From: Flavobacteriaceae bacterium
GTDB taxonomy: Bacteria > Bacteroidota > Bacteroidia > Flavobacteriales > Flavobacteriaceae
Assembly (NCBI GenBank): GCA_965655885.1
Contig: CBFHIG010000001.1
Span: 31,552 to 95,551 of the forward strand
DNA length: 64,000 bases
Direction of reading: 5' to 3'
Part shown: one piece after another, positions 1-11,326 of the stretch
How positions within the stretch are numbered: the first letter of the stretch is position 1
Layout: each line of letters starts with the position of its first letter
Notes under the pieces: generated by a model
The model's input: only the letters and a program-made list of their open reading frames with translations
Told to the model about the DNA's origin: nothing
The model's database searches: none
Translations under genes and position numbers: made by a program

Positions 1-176
1 TCTGGATAAACATTTGCAGTTAGCATACGTTCTGGTTCCTCATTAGGTATATCATCACAAACAGTACCGTCAATATCTATTAAGTAATTTTTAATACCAT
101 TTGGTAAAACAGGACTTACAGATTCTCCTGCTTCTGTTTTGTTATTTAATAATTTATCTATTTCATTTCTGTCCAT
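1..176 (-). CDS. HAD-superfamily phosphatase-like protein (partial, runs off window start)
   Basis: Not in ORF track. Hand translation from ATG at 176: MDRNEIDKLLNNKTEAGESVSPVLPNGIKNYLIDIDGTVCDDIPNEEPERM, with HAD motif I (DIDGT). Starts 1 nt after the upstream stop. Confidence 0.75.
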   Translation of the reverse strand, partial: MDRNEIDKLLNNKTEAGESVSPVLPNGIKNYLIDIDGTVCDDIPNEEPERMLTANVYP

Positions 177-177
177 A

Positions 178-1497
178 TTAATTTTTTTTCCAGTTTAATC
201 GATCCATTTGATTATATGGCCAGGGAGCCCCATTATTTTCAATATTAGTCATAGAAATATTTAGTTCGTTTGGAGCAGCTGATTGTTCCATTACTAAATA
301 TTGACGCATATCCATGATGATAGATAATGGGTCTATACTAACCGGACATGATTCTACGCAGGCATTACAAGTAGTACAAGCCCACAATTCCTCCCTTGTA
401 ATATAATTATCTAATAATTGTTTGTTATCGTCTTTAAAGTGACCATTTTTATCTATATTTTTTCCTATTTCTTCCAAACGGTCACGAGTATCCATCATAA
501 TTTTTCTTGGAGACAATTTTTTACCTGTTTGATTAGCAGGACAATTACTTGTACAACGTCCACACTCAGTACAAGTGTATGCATTTAATAATTGTGTTCT
601 ATTTAAATCTAAAACGTCACTTGCACCAAACTTTGCGGGAACATCCGATTCTGTTGTAGGTGTTGCAAATGGGTCTAGGTTTGGATCCATCATTAATTTA
701 ACTTCGGTTGTAACAGATTCTAAATTTTTAAATTTCCCTTTGGGTTCGACACTGCCATGATATACATTTGGAAATGCTAATAAGATGTGTAAGTGCTTAG
801 AGTAGTATAAGTAATTTAAAAACACAAAAATTCCAATGATATGTAGCCACCACGCGGTTCTTTCAAAGATAATTAAGCTCGTCTCTGAAAGATTTTCAAA
901 TAGCGGTAAGAGATAGCTACTAACTGGGAAACTACCTGCAGTATTGTAATGATCAGCTCCTAAAATTTGGAGTTGTAGGTCAGAGACATTCATTAATAAA
1001 AATAAAGACATCAATACCATCTCAAAATATAAAATAATATTTGCATCATTTTTTGGCCAACCTTTCATCTCTGGGGACCAAAACCGCTTAATTTTTTTAA
1101 AATTTCTTCGAATCCAAAATATGATCACACTAACCAAAACTAAAAATGCTAAAATCTCGAAGGAAGCAATTAAAATATTATAAAAAATTCCAAGACCAGA
1201 GAATATACGATGAGTACCAAATAATCCATCAATAATAATTTCTAATACTTCGATATTAATAACGACAAATCCAATATAAACGATAATGTGAAGAAAACCT
1301 GACAAAGGGCGAGCCACCATTTTTGATTGACCAAATGCTATTCTGAAAACATTATTCCAACGTGTTTTTTTATGATCTGAAATATCTACTTTTTGACCTA
1401 GCTTTATATTTCGAATTATTTTTTTACAACTTTTGATAAAAAATCCTATCCCAAGAAATAAAACGATTAAAAAAAGAATATTTGGAATATATTGCAT
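178..1497 (-). CDS. Membrane-bound Fe-S oxidoreductase (FadF/HdrD-like N-terminal half)
   Basis: Several TM helices followed by two CxxCxxCxxxCP motifs (CTECGRCTSNCP, CTTCNACVESCP). Confidence 0.85.
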   Translation of the reverse strand: MQYIPNILFLIVLFLGIGFFIKSCKKIIRNIKLGQKVDISDHKKTRWNNVFRIAFGQSKMVARPLSGFLHIIVYIGFVVINIEVLEIIIDGLFGTHRIFSGLGIFYNILIASFEILAFLVLVSVIIFWIRRNFKKIKRFWSPEMKGWPKNDANIILYFEMVLMSLFLLMNVSDLQLQILGADHYNTAGSFPVSSYLLPLFENLSETSLIIFERTAWWLHIIGIFVFLNYLYYSKHLHILLAFPNVYHGSVEPKGKFKNLESVTTEVKLMMDPNLDPFATPTTESDVPAKFGASDVLDLNRTQLLNAYTCTECGRCTSNCPANQTGKKLSPRKIMMDTRDRLEEIGKNIDKNGHFKDDNKQLLDNYITREELWACTTCNACVESCPVSIDPLSIIMDMRQYLVMEQSAAPNELNISMTNIENNGAPWPYNQMDRLNWKKN

Positions 1498-1499
1498 AG

Positions 1500-2450
1500 C
1501 TACTTATTATTTGAATCATTAGGTTCGTATTCTTTTGCTTTTTTTCCAAAAACGGAGATATGAACATATCGCTTAGGATTTTCTTTTAAATCTCTTAATA
1601 ATTCCTCTAATTCTTTTGAGGCAGCTTCAAGATTTCCATAAAGATTTTCGTCGTTAATCAATTTACCGATGCTTCCCTCTCCACTATTAAACTTATTCAT
1701 TATTGAATTAAAACTCTCCAGAGTAGTCTCTAAATTCGTAGCCATGGTATTTATATCTATTTGTGTTAGAGAATCTGAAAAGACTGCTAAATTTCCGCTA
1801 GTTGTCTCTAGATAAGAAAAGGTACTGTCTAATTTTGGTTTGTTTTCTTTTAACAAGGAATTTAAATCTGAAGCGGTGTCTTCAAATGAGTACATTGTTT
1901 TTGTTAAACTATTAATGGCAGCTTTTAAATTATTTTTTGTGTCTTCATTTAAAACCGAATTAAAACTACTCAGCAGTGAGTCTAATCCTGAGAGCGTTGT
2001 ATACATTCGATTTTCTAAAGGTTTTAGTCCAGATGTAAGTGATTCTAGCATACCTTTTTCAATCTCCCCGTTTAGGGTATCACCATCAAGTGCGATACTA
2101 TCTTTATCTATTTCTGGTATAATTGCTAAAGCATTACCGCCAATAACACTGGTACTATATATTCTTACTATGCTATTTTTTGAAAAATTAAAATCCTTGT
2201 TGATGGAAAAAGTAACTAATAATCCACCTAAATCATTTTCAAATTCTATTTTATTAACTTGACCAACAACATAACCATTAATGGTAACAGGTGCAGAAAC
2301 TGTTAAGCCAGCAACATTGTCATAGGATACATAGAATGTTCTTTCATTTGAAAATAGATCAGAGCCTTTCAAAAAACTATAACCATAGATTAATAATAAA
2401 ATGGCAAATAATGCCAACATTCCAGTCTTTATTTCTTTAGTGATTTTCAA
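1500..2450 (-). CDS. MlaD/MCE family protein
   Basis: N-terminal TM anchor, MCE signature (GLTVSAPVTINGYVVGQV), helical C-terminus ending DLKENPKRY; TTG start. Confidence 0.88.
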   Translation of the reverse strand: MKITKEIKTGMLALFAILLLIYGYSFLKGSDLFSNERTFYVSYDNVAGLTVSAPVTINGYVVGQVNKIEFENDLGGLLVTFSINKDFNFSKNSIVRIYSTSVIGGNALAIIPEIDKDSIALDGDTLNGEIEKGMLESLTSGLKPLENRMYTTLSGLDSLLSSFNSVLNEDTKNNLKAAINSLTKTMYSFEDTASDLNSLLKENKPKLDSTFSYLETTSGNLAVFSDSLTQIDINTMATNLETTLESFNSIMNKFNSGEGSIGKLINDENLYGNLEAASKELEELLRDLKENPKRYVHISVFGKKAKEYEPNDSNNK

Positions 2451-2503
2451 TGAATATTGGATTTAGATTTAAACAAATTTATAAATAAAATGGTGAAATA
2501 AGT

Positions 2504-3631
2504 TTATTTGTTTGTAGAATTTAAAACATCTGATAATTTTAACTTTTTTCCATCTTTAAAGGCAACAATATAGCAGGTTTTGTATCCTTTTTCTATTGCA
2601 TTTATTTTTAATAACCTAATTTTGTTATAGTCAGAAGTAGAACCATAATAGTATTTAAATAAACTTTCTTCTTTTTTTCTTTGAACATTATTAAGTCCAT
2701 TAAAGTTGTAAGATTTAAGTTCTAATTTTTTACTAGAAGCAGCAATTTGGATTCTAAATTCAATTCCTTCATAATTAATTTCCGGCTGATTATTGTTTTG
2801 AATGTTGTTTTTTTCTATTTGATTCGCAGCGTCTAGAATTGTTTCGTTAGTTACGGATAGGCTTTTCTTGTAGGTAATGATTCCTTTTGCAATTTCGTTT
2901 GCAATCTCATTTTGACCCTTAGTTGAATTTAGATAAGCACCCTCTTGTTTATTTGTTAAAAATCCTGTTTCAATTAAAACACTTGGCATATAACTTTTGT
3001 AGAGGACCATAAATCCAGCTTGTTTTACACTTCGGTCTTTCCTATTTAAATTTTTAGAAAAATTATTCTGAATTAGCGATGCTAGTAGGATACTTTGGTC
3101 TAAATACTCTTCCTGCATTAAAGTCATTCCAATCAAAGATTCAGGTGAGTTTGGGTCAAAGCCTTCATAATTTTCTTCATAATCGTCCTCTAAAAAAATA
3201 ACTTCATTTTCTCTTTTAGCTACCTCGAAATTGGCTTGAGATCTGTGCAAACCCAAAACAAAAGTTCCTGCACCGTAAGCATTGTTTGTAAAAGCATCAC
3301 AATGTACAGAGACAAACAAATCTGCATCTGCTCTGTTTGCTACTGGAGCTCTTTCGTGTAATTTTACAAATACATCAGTTTTTCGAGTGTAAATAACTTT
3401 AAAATTTGGCTGTTTCTCTAATATCTTACCTACTTTTAAAACAATTTTTAAAACGATATCTTTTTCTCTGTAACCATTACCTAAGTTACCAGGGTCATGC
3501 CCTCCGTGACCAGCGTCCAAGACAACAATGAAAGGTTTATCGAGATTTTTATTATACTTGTTATTAGAATTTGAGTTAGTCACAAAAACAAAAAAGACAA
3601 TAAAAAAAATATATTTAAAATTAATAATCAT
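2504..3631 (-). CDS. N-acetylmuramoyl-L-alanine amidase (Amidase_3)
   Basis: VVLDAGHGGHDPG, FVSVHCDA and PSVLIETGFLTN motifs; signal peptide. Confidence 0.93.
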   Translation of the reverse strand: MIINFKYIFFIVFFVFVTNSNSNNKYNKNLDKPFIVVLDAGHGGHDPGNLGNGYREKDIVLKIVLKVGKILEKQPNFKVIYTRKTDVFVKLHERAPVANRADADLFVSVHCDAFTNNAYGAGTFVLGLHRSQANFEVAKRENEVIFLEDDYEENYEGFDPNSPESLIGMTLMQEEYLDQSILLASLIQNNFSKNLNRKDRSVKQAGFMVLYKSYMPSVLIETGFLTNKQEGAYLNSTKGQNEIANEIAKGIITYKKSLSVTNETILDAANQIEKNNIQNNNQPEINYEGIEFRIQIAASSKKLELKSYNFNGLNNVQRKKEESLFKYYYGSTSDYNKIRLLKINAIEKGYKTCYIVAFKDGKKLKLSDVLNSTNK

Positions 3632-3790
3632 TTAACGCGTTTTAAACTTTAGGGTTTTTTGAATAGCTATTGTAAAAAAATACTTTTAAAAAAAATCACA
3701 TAAAAAATATGCTTATTTTTGAAAATTGTATCTCTTATTAATTTATTTACAATCATTAAGCCAAAATTACAAAAAAAAGGTATCGTAGCA

Positions 3791-6481
3791 TTGCAAACTT
3801 TTAGGCATTTTATAGTTGCAACTTTGTTGCTTGTTTTGTTTTGTAATAGTTATGTGCACTCGCAGGACCTACCTGTTAATAATGAAACTAGAATTCCTCT
3901 AAAAAAAGATGATGACTCTATTTCTTTAAAAAGTCTTTCCATAAACAAAGAATTGAAAATAGTGGAACTAGATACTGTAAAAATAGACACTATTAAACCT
4001 AAAGATGAATTATTAACTGGAATCATTGATTATTATGGAGATGATTACGTTTATTTGGATAAGAAGGAAAATAAGGTTTTTATGTATAATAATGCCTATA
4101 TTACTTACGAAGATATGCGAATTGAGTCTGGGTATATCATTTTAGATTACACTAAAAATGAAATCTACGCAAGAGGAATTGACAGTGCAGGTGTTTATTC
4201 TCAAACCCCCATATTCACTCAAACTAATAATAAAGTGATTCCTGATTCTATTCGATTTAATATGGATACAAAAAAGGCATTAATTTATAATTCAAGATCT
4301 GGTCAAGACGAAATTAATTATAAAGCAGAAGTTGCAAAAAAAGTAAATGACTCTGTTTATTTTTTACAAAATATAAAATTTACCACTGCAAAAGATATCG
4401 ATAATCCCGAATATTACTTTTACACACGAAAGGCAAAAGTTGTTCCAAATAAAAAAATTGTAACTGGTTTTACAAATATGTATATCGCAGATGTGCCCCT
4501 ACCCTTAGGTTTACCTTTTGCTTTTTTTCCACTAACTAAAGATAGAACTTCTGGATTTATAATACCAAGTTTTGGAGATAATAGAAATCGAGGGTTTTTT
4601 CTTCAAAATGGAGGGTATTATTTTGCATTAAGTGATTATGTAGATTTAACAGTACTTGGTGATTATTATACCAATGGCAGTTATGCATTACGTGGAGAAT
4701 CTTCTTACGCTTTGCGTTATAAATTTAAGGGAAATGTCAGTTTTCGATATGAAAAGTTAATCAATGGAGATCGGGGTTTTGATGATTTTAGTGAAAGTGC
4801 AATCTATAACATTAGATGGAGCCATAATCAGGATACTAAATCGAATCCTAGTTCTCGCTTTTCAGCATCGGTTAACCTGGGTAGTAGTCAATATTTCAAT
4901 CAGTCAATTAATCAGACCAATAATGCTAGTTCACTTGTTAATACTTTGAGCTCCTCAATATCGTACTCAAAAACATTTGAGACAGTTCCCCAAATAAATT
5001 TTTCTGTAGCAGGTACACATTCACAAAATACAAACACTGAGGAGATAAATATGTCCCTACCAAATTTTAACGCTAGTGTTGCTAGAATATTTCCATTTGA
5101 ACCAAAGATAGGTGCTAAAAAAGGCATTATTGAAAATATAAATTTACAGTACAATTTAACTGCTGAAAATAGAATTAAAACAACGGATTCAGAATTCTTT
5201 ACATCTAAAATGTTTGATGGAGCCAAATTAGGTGCTAGACACACAATTCCCATCAGTACAAATTTTAAAGTACTTAAATATTTAAGTTCATCTTTGAGTA
5301 CTACTTATCAAGAAACTTGGGTTTTTGATACTGTTAAAAAGGATTACGACCCAACGATAAATAACGGTGAAGGTGGAGTTGTTAAGGATACTATAAGTGG
5401 CTTTGATAGTTATAGAACTTATAATTTTTCTGCAAACTTAGGGACAACAATGTATGGCATGTTTAATTTCGGAAAAGACAAAAAAATTCAGGCTATAAGA
5501 CATGTTTTTAGACCTTCAGTAAGTTATAATATTAATCCATCCTACGAACATTTTTATGATTCTTATCAAGATCCAAATGCAATTGATGAAAATATTGAAT
5601 ATTCAAGATTTGAACAATCTCTTTACGGGGCACCTTCTAAAGTAAGATCCAGTAATGTTGGAATTTCTGTAAGCAATACATTTGAGGCCAAGGTTAGAGA
5701 CAATGACACCACAGCAATTAAACCAAAAAAAATAGTGCTTTTAAATAATTTAAATTTCAATACAGCCTATAATATTTTAGGAGACTCTTTAAATTGGAAT
5801 CCTATACGTTTTTCTGGGAGTGTTCCTATTGTAAAAAAATTAGATTTTAATTTTAACGGAACTCTAGATCCCTATGCCTTAGACAATAATAATGTAAGGA
5901 TCGACAAATTTAATATTAACAATGGAGGGAGTCTTTTTAGGCTCACTAATGGAAATATAAGTGTTAATTATAATTTTTCTAGCTCAGATTTTAAATCAAA
6001 AGAGAAAGATGATTTTGAAACTGAAACTTTTAAAAATGGTGGTAGGCCTGACGATTTATTTGGTAATTCCACTCCGATTAATGATCGTAGTAAGTTTGAT
6101 GTAGATTCTGAATCTTCCGGTTCTGATTATAATTGGTATAATTTTTCAATTCCCTGGGATTTAAGACTTGCTTACACGATGACTTATCAAAATACTGCTA
6201 GACAAAATAAAATTACCTCTCAGTCTATAATGATTAGTTCTAATATTGAGTTTTCACCCAAATGGAAAGTAGGTTTTTCCTCCGGTTATGACTTCAAAAA
6301 TAATGGAATTACATTAACACAATTTAGATTTCAAAGAGATTTAGAAAGTTGGAGATTAAGTTTTAATTGGACTCCTATCGGGAGTATAAATACTTCTTGG
6401 TATATGTTTATTGGAATTAAATCTTCATTATTAAGTGATATTAAATATGAAAAACGAAGAGAACCAGACAAACGATTATAA
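3791..6481 (+). CDS. lptD: LPS assembly protein LptD (Bacteroidota type)
   Basis: About 900-aa OM protein with OstA-like N-terminus and beta-barrel. Start moved from 3719 to TTG 3791 because 3719 lies inside a TAnnTTTG element and 3791 gives a clean signal peptide. Confidence 0.82.
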   Translation: MQTFRHFIVATLLLVLFCNSYVHSQDLPVNNETRIPLKKDDDSISLKSLSINKELKIVELDTVKIDTIKPKDELLTGIIDYYGDDYVYLDKKENKVFMYNNAYITYEDMRIESGYIILDYTKNEIYARGIDSAGVYSQTPIFTQTNNKVIPDSIRFNMDTKKALIYNSRSGQDEINYKAEVAKKVNDSVYFLQNIKFTTAKDIDNPEYYFYTRKAKVVPNKKIVTGFTNMYIADVPLPLGLPFAFFPLTKDRTSGFIIPSFGDNRNRGFFLQNGGYYFALSDYVDLTVLGDYYTNGSYALRGESSYALRYKFKGNVSFRYEKLINGDRGFDDFSESAIYNIRWSHNQDTKSNPSSRFSASVNLGSSQYFNQSINQTNNASSLVNTLSSSISYSKTFETVPQINFSVAGTHSQNTNTEEINMSLPNFNASVARIFPFEPKIGAKKGIIENINLQYNLTAENRIKTTDSEFFTSKMFDGAKLGARHTIPISTNFKVLKYLSSSLSTTYQETWVFDTVKKDYDPTINNGEGGVVKDTISGFDSYRTYNFSANLGTTMYGMFNFGKDKKIQAIRHVFRPSVSYNINPSYEHFYDSYQDPNAIDENIEYSRFEQSLYGAPSKVRSSNVGISVSNTFEAKVRDNDTTAIKPKKIVLLNNLNFNTAYNILGDSLNWNPIRFSGSVPIVKKLDFNFNGTLDPYALDNNNVRIDKFNINNGGSLFRLTNGNISVNYNFSSSDFKSKEKDDFETETFKNGGRPDDLFGNSTPINDRSKFDVDSESSGSDYNWYNFSIPWDLRLAYTMTYQNTARQNKITSQSIMISSNIEFSPKWKVGFSSGYDFKNNGITLTQFRFQRDLESWRLSFNWTPIGSINTSWYMFIGIKSSLLSDIKYEKRREPDKRL

Positions 6482-6495
6482 CTAGACCAATATCA

Positions 6496-6876
6496 ATGAA
6501 AAAAATAATACACACAAAAAATGCTCCTTCAGCAATAGGCCCTTACAATCAAGCGGTTTTAAATGATAACATCTTATATACCTCAGGGCAAATCGCAATT
6601 GATCCTAAAAATGGAACTTTAAAGACAAGCGATATAAGAGTGGAAACTAAGCAGGTCATGGAAAATTTAAAAGCCGTTCTAAACGAAGTTGGTATGGATT
6701 TTTCAAATGTTATAAAAGTCACTATTTTTATTAGTGATATGAATAATTATTCAAAGATAAATGAAATTTATGCATCCTACTTCGATGAAAAAACTGCTCC
6801 TGCAAGGGAAACTGTCGAAGTTTCAAGATTACCAAAATCAGTTCATATAGAAATATCAATGATCGCTTCACTTTAG
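6496..6876 (+). CDS. ridA: RidA/YjgF family enamine deaminase
   Basis: APSAIGPYNQA, SGQI and PARETVEVSRLP motifs. Confidence 0.9.
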   Translation: MKKIIHTKNAPSAIGPYNQAVLNDNILYTSGQIAIDPKNGTLKTSDIRVETKQVMENLKAVLNEVGMDFSNVIKVTIFISDMNNYSKINEIYASYFDEKTAPARETVEVSRLPKSVHIEISMIASL

Positions 6877-6904
6877 TTACTTACTGAATTGGATTTAAAA
6901 TACG

Positions 6905-9900
6905 CTATTTGTTATCCATGGGTACTAGATTCTCTTCTGGAATTAAATCTACTTCTAGTCCAAAAAGTTTGTCCATTAAATTTTTAATAGTATCAAAATC
7001 TACTTGATAAGATACCCCTGCACCTTGTTCAAAAGTTTGGTCTTCTCCAATAAATTGTAACTCAGCTTGTCGATTAAAAAAATTAATTCGTAAACTTCCA
7101 TCTTCATTTACCAACCATTGAACGTCAACATCACCAGCAACACGCGACTCATTAATTTTTCCAACAGGGATTCCAACTTTTCCATTGACCACAATACGCT
7201 CGCTAATTTGAGATGAAAATTGAACTCCAAACTCATCTTGAGTCTCAATTTCTTTGGTATCAATACCCATATCATAATATGGGGCAATATTAATAACAGC
7301 ATCGTCGTCTGTTAATATTTGTGCTAATATCGCATTAACACCATCTGTTACCGTGCCAGATATTGCACTCTGTCCTGCAGTCTCACTAATAAATGAACCC
7401 GTAGTCAATAAAAACAATGCTTGTTTTTCTCTTTCTTCTTGTGTTTGTAACTTGTATTCTAACTCACTTCTTACAGTTGAGCTTACCTCTGGAAAATCAA
7501 TATCAAACAATAATTCTGGTTGTGTGATTTTATCTGTTAAATCTATATAAACGTCCACAGGTATTTTTCTATTTATAGTAGGATCATCTAACAATGCTGA
7601 CGGATTTGCCTTACTTTTATATATGGCTTTGAGGTTTAAATCGGCATTACTTGCTAGACCGTTCCAAGTAATAGTTCCACCTTTTTCAACTTCAATTTCT
7701 TTACGTATAATTTTACCATATCTGAAATCATAAATTCCTTTATATACAATAAAGTCGCCCCACATATTAAATTTACCAAGGGTATTAATTTCAATGAGTA
7801 ATGTTCCCGCTCCTCTACCTCGTAGGGCAGATTTAGTTTCTTGGTCGATTACTATTTCTATTTCAGCATTTTTATTTATATCTAAGTCAAAGTTTAAGGT
7901 TAATCCTTTTAAATCGTCTGTAATGATCGTCTCGCCTCGAAGTTTTGCATCTTTTTCTTTTGGTGAAAGAAATTTTATAAATGAGTTATCTCCAATAGAC
8001 TCGGTATCACTCAACGGAATTTTAAATTCAGTGTTTTCTTCAGTGGTTGCTGCAACATCTATAACTAATTCATTTATAGGGCCGTAGATATGGGTGTTGC
8101 CACTAATAAACGCTGTGCCGTAGTACAATTGATTTTCGTCTTTTTGAGTATCTAAAGCAAGTAAATTCTTAGAATCGACAGTTAAATCTAATTTCCAATT
8201 TCTAAAATTAGTGTGTGTAGCAAGTCCTGAAAGTATCCCATTGGTAAGATACTTAGAATCAGTCATTGTAGTGTTTACTATTTCTAGTTTTTCTCTTGTA
8301 ACTAGTAAGTCGGTGACAGGGTCTAGGGAATAATCAATATTTAAATAGGGAACATTTAAACCACCATCAAGTATCTTAAAATTTCCAAAAATATTAGGTG
8401 AATTTAACTCACCAGATACTTTACCATTACCAGATAAAAAGCCTCTTATGTCACTGATTACATTTCCGCCAAAAGGACTTATTGTAGTTAAATTAAACTT
8501 ATTTAATGCTACATCTAAGTCTATTTTTGCCTTATCATTAGAAGCATCTATGTATCCTGTGGAATTAATAGATTTAATATTATTATTGGTTAAGGTGGTA
8601 ATTAAATCGTAACGAGTTAATTCATTATTTCCTTTAATATCAATAACCATATTACCAAGAGGTGTTTTGTTAAAGTCTATAGCGTCTATTGTGATATTAG
8701 AACTCGGATAATAAAGACCTTTTCTTTGCAATATATTTAGGTTACCGTTCACTATTCCTTTTAGATTTAAATTATCAACTTTAGGCACTAGTTTTCCGAG
8801 ATCTACACTATTAAAACTAACTTTCAAGTTCTTATAAGTGCTATCATTAGTTGATCCAGCAAATCTTATAAATTCGCTGTTATTATTAAGAATTATAGAA
8901 TCAAACTTTACACTATTTAAATCTTTATCAAAAATAATTTTATTGTTTTTATCATTTTTTTCATTTAAAAACCAAGTATTGCCATTGTAATTTACGGTTG
9001 ATTTTTTAACTCCAACTACAGAATTATTTTCTTTATTGATTGTGTGGTATAAAGACAAATTATATTGATCTTTATTTTTCCCTCCCTTAAAATTAGAATT
9101 TACATAAAGAGTGTCATTTATAGTTTTATTAATGAAATTAAAATCTTTTATGTTGTAAAAACCGTTATCAATTGTATCGATAGCGATATAAGTATTATAC
9201 AGTGGATTGTGATTGTTAACGTTTAATTTAACATTGCCCAAATAGTTTTTAAAAAGTATAATTTCTGGTGAATCAAAATCAAATTTTAATTTGGAATCAT
9301 TTGAGTAAACGGTCCCTTTAATTCGTGTATTTTCACCAAATTGAAGATCAGGAATAAATATCTCAATAAGTTTATTGTAAATTTTAAAATCAAAATCTAA
9401 AAATTGATTTTTAGAAATTTTTAAAGGTTTAAAATTGGTATAAACACTACCTATTCCATTAATAAATAACGAAGGAATTTCTTCGATTAAAAATTCACCA
9501 TCTATGGATCCCGTAATTATATCAGGAGAGTTTATTTTAATTATTCGTTTTAAATCTTCCCGATATGATGTGATTTTAAAATCATTAAAATAAAAGTTAT
9601 CAGTTTCATTTTGATAGAATGTTTCTTCAAATGAGATGGCTCCAAATAAAGTATTTAAGTCATTTCCAATCATCTCCATATCAACTTTTCCCGCAAAAAT
9701 GGATATACTATCTCTTTTTACTATATTTAATTGCTTTAATTCAGCAAATTCGATCTTTGCATTAAAATCAAACCTATTTAATTCTTCTGAAATATCAACC
9801 AATCCTTTAAACTCAAAGTTTAAATTAGGATCATCGATTATTAGCGAACCATCAAACAAGGGGTTTTTAAAATTTCCTGAAAGTGTTATGTTTTGATAGT

Positions 9901-11287
9901 TGTAATTTTCAAAAATAAAAGAGTTAATTACTCCACTAACTTTAGCATCTAGCGATTTCTTTGAAAAACCAATACCTTCAACTTCAAGAGTGGCGGTTAT
10001 GGTACCTAATCGTTCTGATTTAGCTAACCCTCCTAAATCAAAATCATTAAAATTGATTTCTCCAATGTAGGATGCATTTTCAGTATTGTTTAAATTATTT
10101 ATATTAATTTTTGTTTGAGCTGTACCTAGAGAACTGACTAAATTACTTGAGGAAGTCAAAGTGGACTGCGAAATGGTTGTGCTACCGACAAATTTTATAT
10201 TGCCAAGATAATCTATTTCTTTTGGCAAAGCCCTACCTAAAATAGTAGGCATAAAACGTGAAAGAGATTTATAGTCCGCACTAATTGAATGATTGGTTGC
10301 ATAAATAACGAAATCATTATTTTGTTTAAATAAATTTTTAAAATTATAGTTTCCTCTAATTTTAATTTTGTTACAATCAATTAATCCATTTGAAAATTCA
10401 AAATCATTTAAGGTTCCATGAACGTCTCCATTTAAAGTGATCATTTGATTTTTACCAAATTCGTTAAAAAAAGTATTTAAATCGTTCGTGTTTATTTTAG
10501 TTTCAGTAAATTTAAAATTAAGGTTAGCCTTATTCAAGAAATCAGAAATTTCACCTTTTTTAAAATTAAATAAAAAATCCCCTTTCAATAAAGACTCTTT
10601 GGATTCTAATTTGAGTGAATTAAGCTTTATTGAATTTGGACTGTAGGAAAAATCACTTTTTAAACTTTTAATTTCCAATCCTCTTTTTGATAAGAGTGAA
10701 AGTTTTGTAATGGCTATATTTACTGCAGGACCTTTAATACTTAAATCATCTGTTTCGATAACTATTTTTGATAAATTAAAAATTTCTGAAGTATTTAAAT
10801 TTTCATTTATAATTTTAACCCTACCGTTATTTAAATTTACAGCGCTAGCATTTAATTGAAAGACATTTCCCTTTTTTGAAGTTTTAGAAACAAACTTATT
10901 TGCAAAAATTGAAACATTATCGTTTTGCTCGCCTTGGTACGTTTTTAAGTAAAATTTAGGTTCCTCTAATTTTATTATGCCAAAATCTAAATTTCCCTGA
11001 ACTAGATTATTAATACTTAATATATTGGTTACTAGTCTTTTTGAATAAATTAGCGTGTCTTTATGATGATCTTCAATATAAATATCTCTAACGTCTAGTT
11101 CTCCTTTCCAGTTTAGCCCCAAACGTTTGATGTGAACACCTGCATCAAATTTTTCATTAATTATATTCGTCAACTTATTTGCTAGATAAGTTTGTACAAT
11201 CGAAGAGGAAAAAAAAATAATGACCAGCGCTGATAAAAGTAAAATTATCGCTAAAAGTCTTTTTATTATTTTTTTCAGTTTTTTGAT
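6905..11287 (-). CDS. tamB: Translocation/assembly module TamB (AsmA-like) protein
   Basis: Over 1400 aa, beta-taco-like, with DUF490-like C-terminus. The frame stays open upstream of the track start (11173) and encodes the basic + TM anchor IKKLKKIIKRLLAIILLLSALVIIFF; start placed at ATC 11287 (inferred). Confidence 0.8.
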   Translation of the reverse strand: MKKLKKIIKRLLAIILLLSALVIIFFSSSIVQTYLANKLTNIINEKFDAGVHIKRLGLNWKGELDVRDIYIEDHHKDTLIYSKRLVTNILSINNLVQGNLDFGIIKLEEPKFYLKTYQGEQNDNVSIFANKFVSKTSKKGNVFQLNASAVNLNNGRVKIINENLNTSEIFNLSKIVIETDDLSIKGPAVNIAITKLSLLSKRGLEIKSLKSDFSYSPNSIKLNSLKLESKESLLKGDFLFNFKKGEISDFLNKANLNFKFTETKINTNDLNTFFNEFGKNQMITLNGDVHGTLNDFEFSNGLIDCNKIKIRGNYNFKNLFKQNNDFVIYATNHSISADYKSLSRFMPTILGRALPKEIDYLGNIKFVGSTTISQSTLTSSSNLVSSLGTAQTKININNLNNTENASYIGEINFNDFDLGGLAKSERLGTITATLEVEGIGFSKKSLDAKVSGVINSFIFENYNYQNITLSGNFKNPLFDGSLIIDDPNLNFEFKGLVDISEELNRFDFNAKIEFAELKQLNIVKRDSISIFAGKVDMEMIGNDLNTLFGAISFEETFYQNETDNFYFNDFKITSYREDLKRIIKINSPDIITGSIDGEFLIEEIPSLFINGIGSVYTNFKPLKISKNQFLDFDFKIYNKLIEIFIPDLQFGENTRIKGTVYSNDSKLKFDFDSPEIILFKNYLGNVKLNVNNHNPLYNTYIAIDTIDNGFYNIKDFNFINKTINDTLYVNSNFKGGKNKDQYNLSLYHTINKENNSVVGVKKSTVNYNGNTWFLNEKNDKNNKIIFDKDLNSVKFDSIILNNNSEFIRFAGSTNDSTYKNLKVSFNSVDLGKLVPKVDNLNLKGIVNGNLNILQRKGLYYPSSNITIDAIDFNKTPLGNMVIDIKGNNELTRYDLITTLTNNNIKSINSTGYIDASNDKAKIDLDVALNKFNLTTISPFGGNVISDIRGFLSGNGKVSGELNSPNIFGNFKILDGGLNVPYLNIDYSLDPVTDLLVTREKLEIVNTTMTDSKYLTNGILSGLATHTNFRNWKLDLTVDSKNLLALDTQKDENQLYYGTAFISGNTHIYGPINELVIDVAATTEENTEFKIPLSDTESIGDNSFIKFLSPKEKDAKLRGETIITDDLKGLTLNFDLDINKNAEIEIVIDQETKSALRGRGAGTLLIEINTLGKFNMWGDFIVYKGIYDFRYGKIIRKEIEVEKGGTITWNGLASNADLNLKAIYKSKANPSALLDDPTINRKIPVDVYIDLTDKITQPELLFDIDFPEVSSTVRSELEYKLQTQEEREKQALFLLTTGSFISETAGQSAISGTVTDGVNAILAQILTDDDAVINIAPYYDMGIDTKEIETQDEFGVQFSSQISERIVVNGKVGIPVGKINESRVAGDVDVQWLVNEDGSLRINFFNRQAELQFIGEDQTFEQGAGVSYQVDFDTIKNLMDKLFGLEVDLIPEENLVPMDNK

Positions 11288-11312
11288 ACGCCTTAATGTT
11301 TTATTTTTACAA

Positions 11313-11326
11313 ACAATAAATATGCC
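11313..11326 (-). promoter_or_regulatory. sigma54-like -24/-12 element upstream of tamB
   Basis: Minus strand GGCATATTTATTGT = GG-N10-GT, similar to TGGCAC-N5-TTGC. Confidence 0.35.
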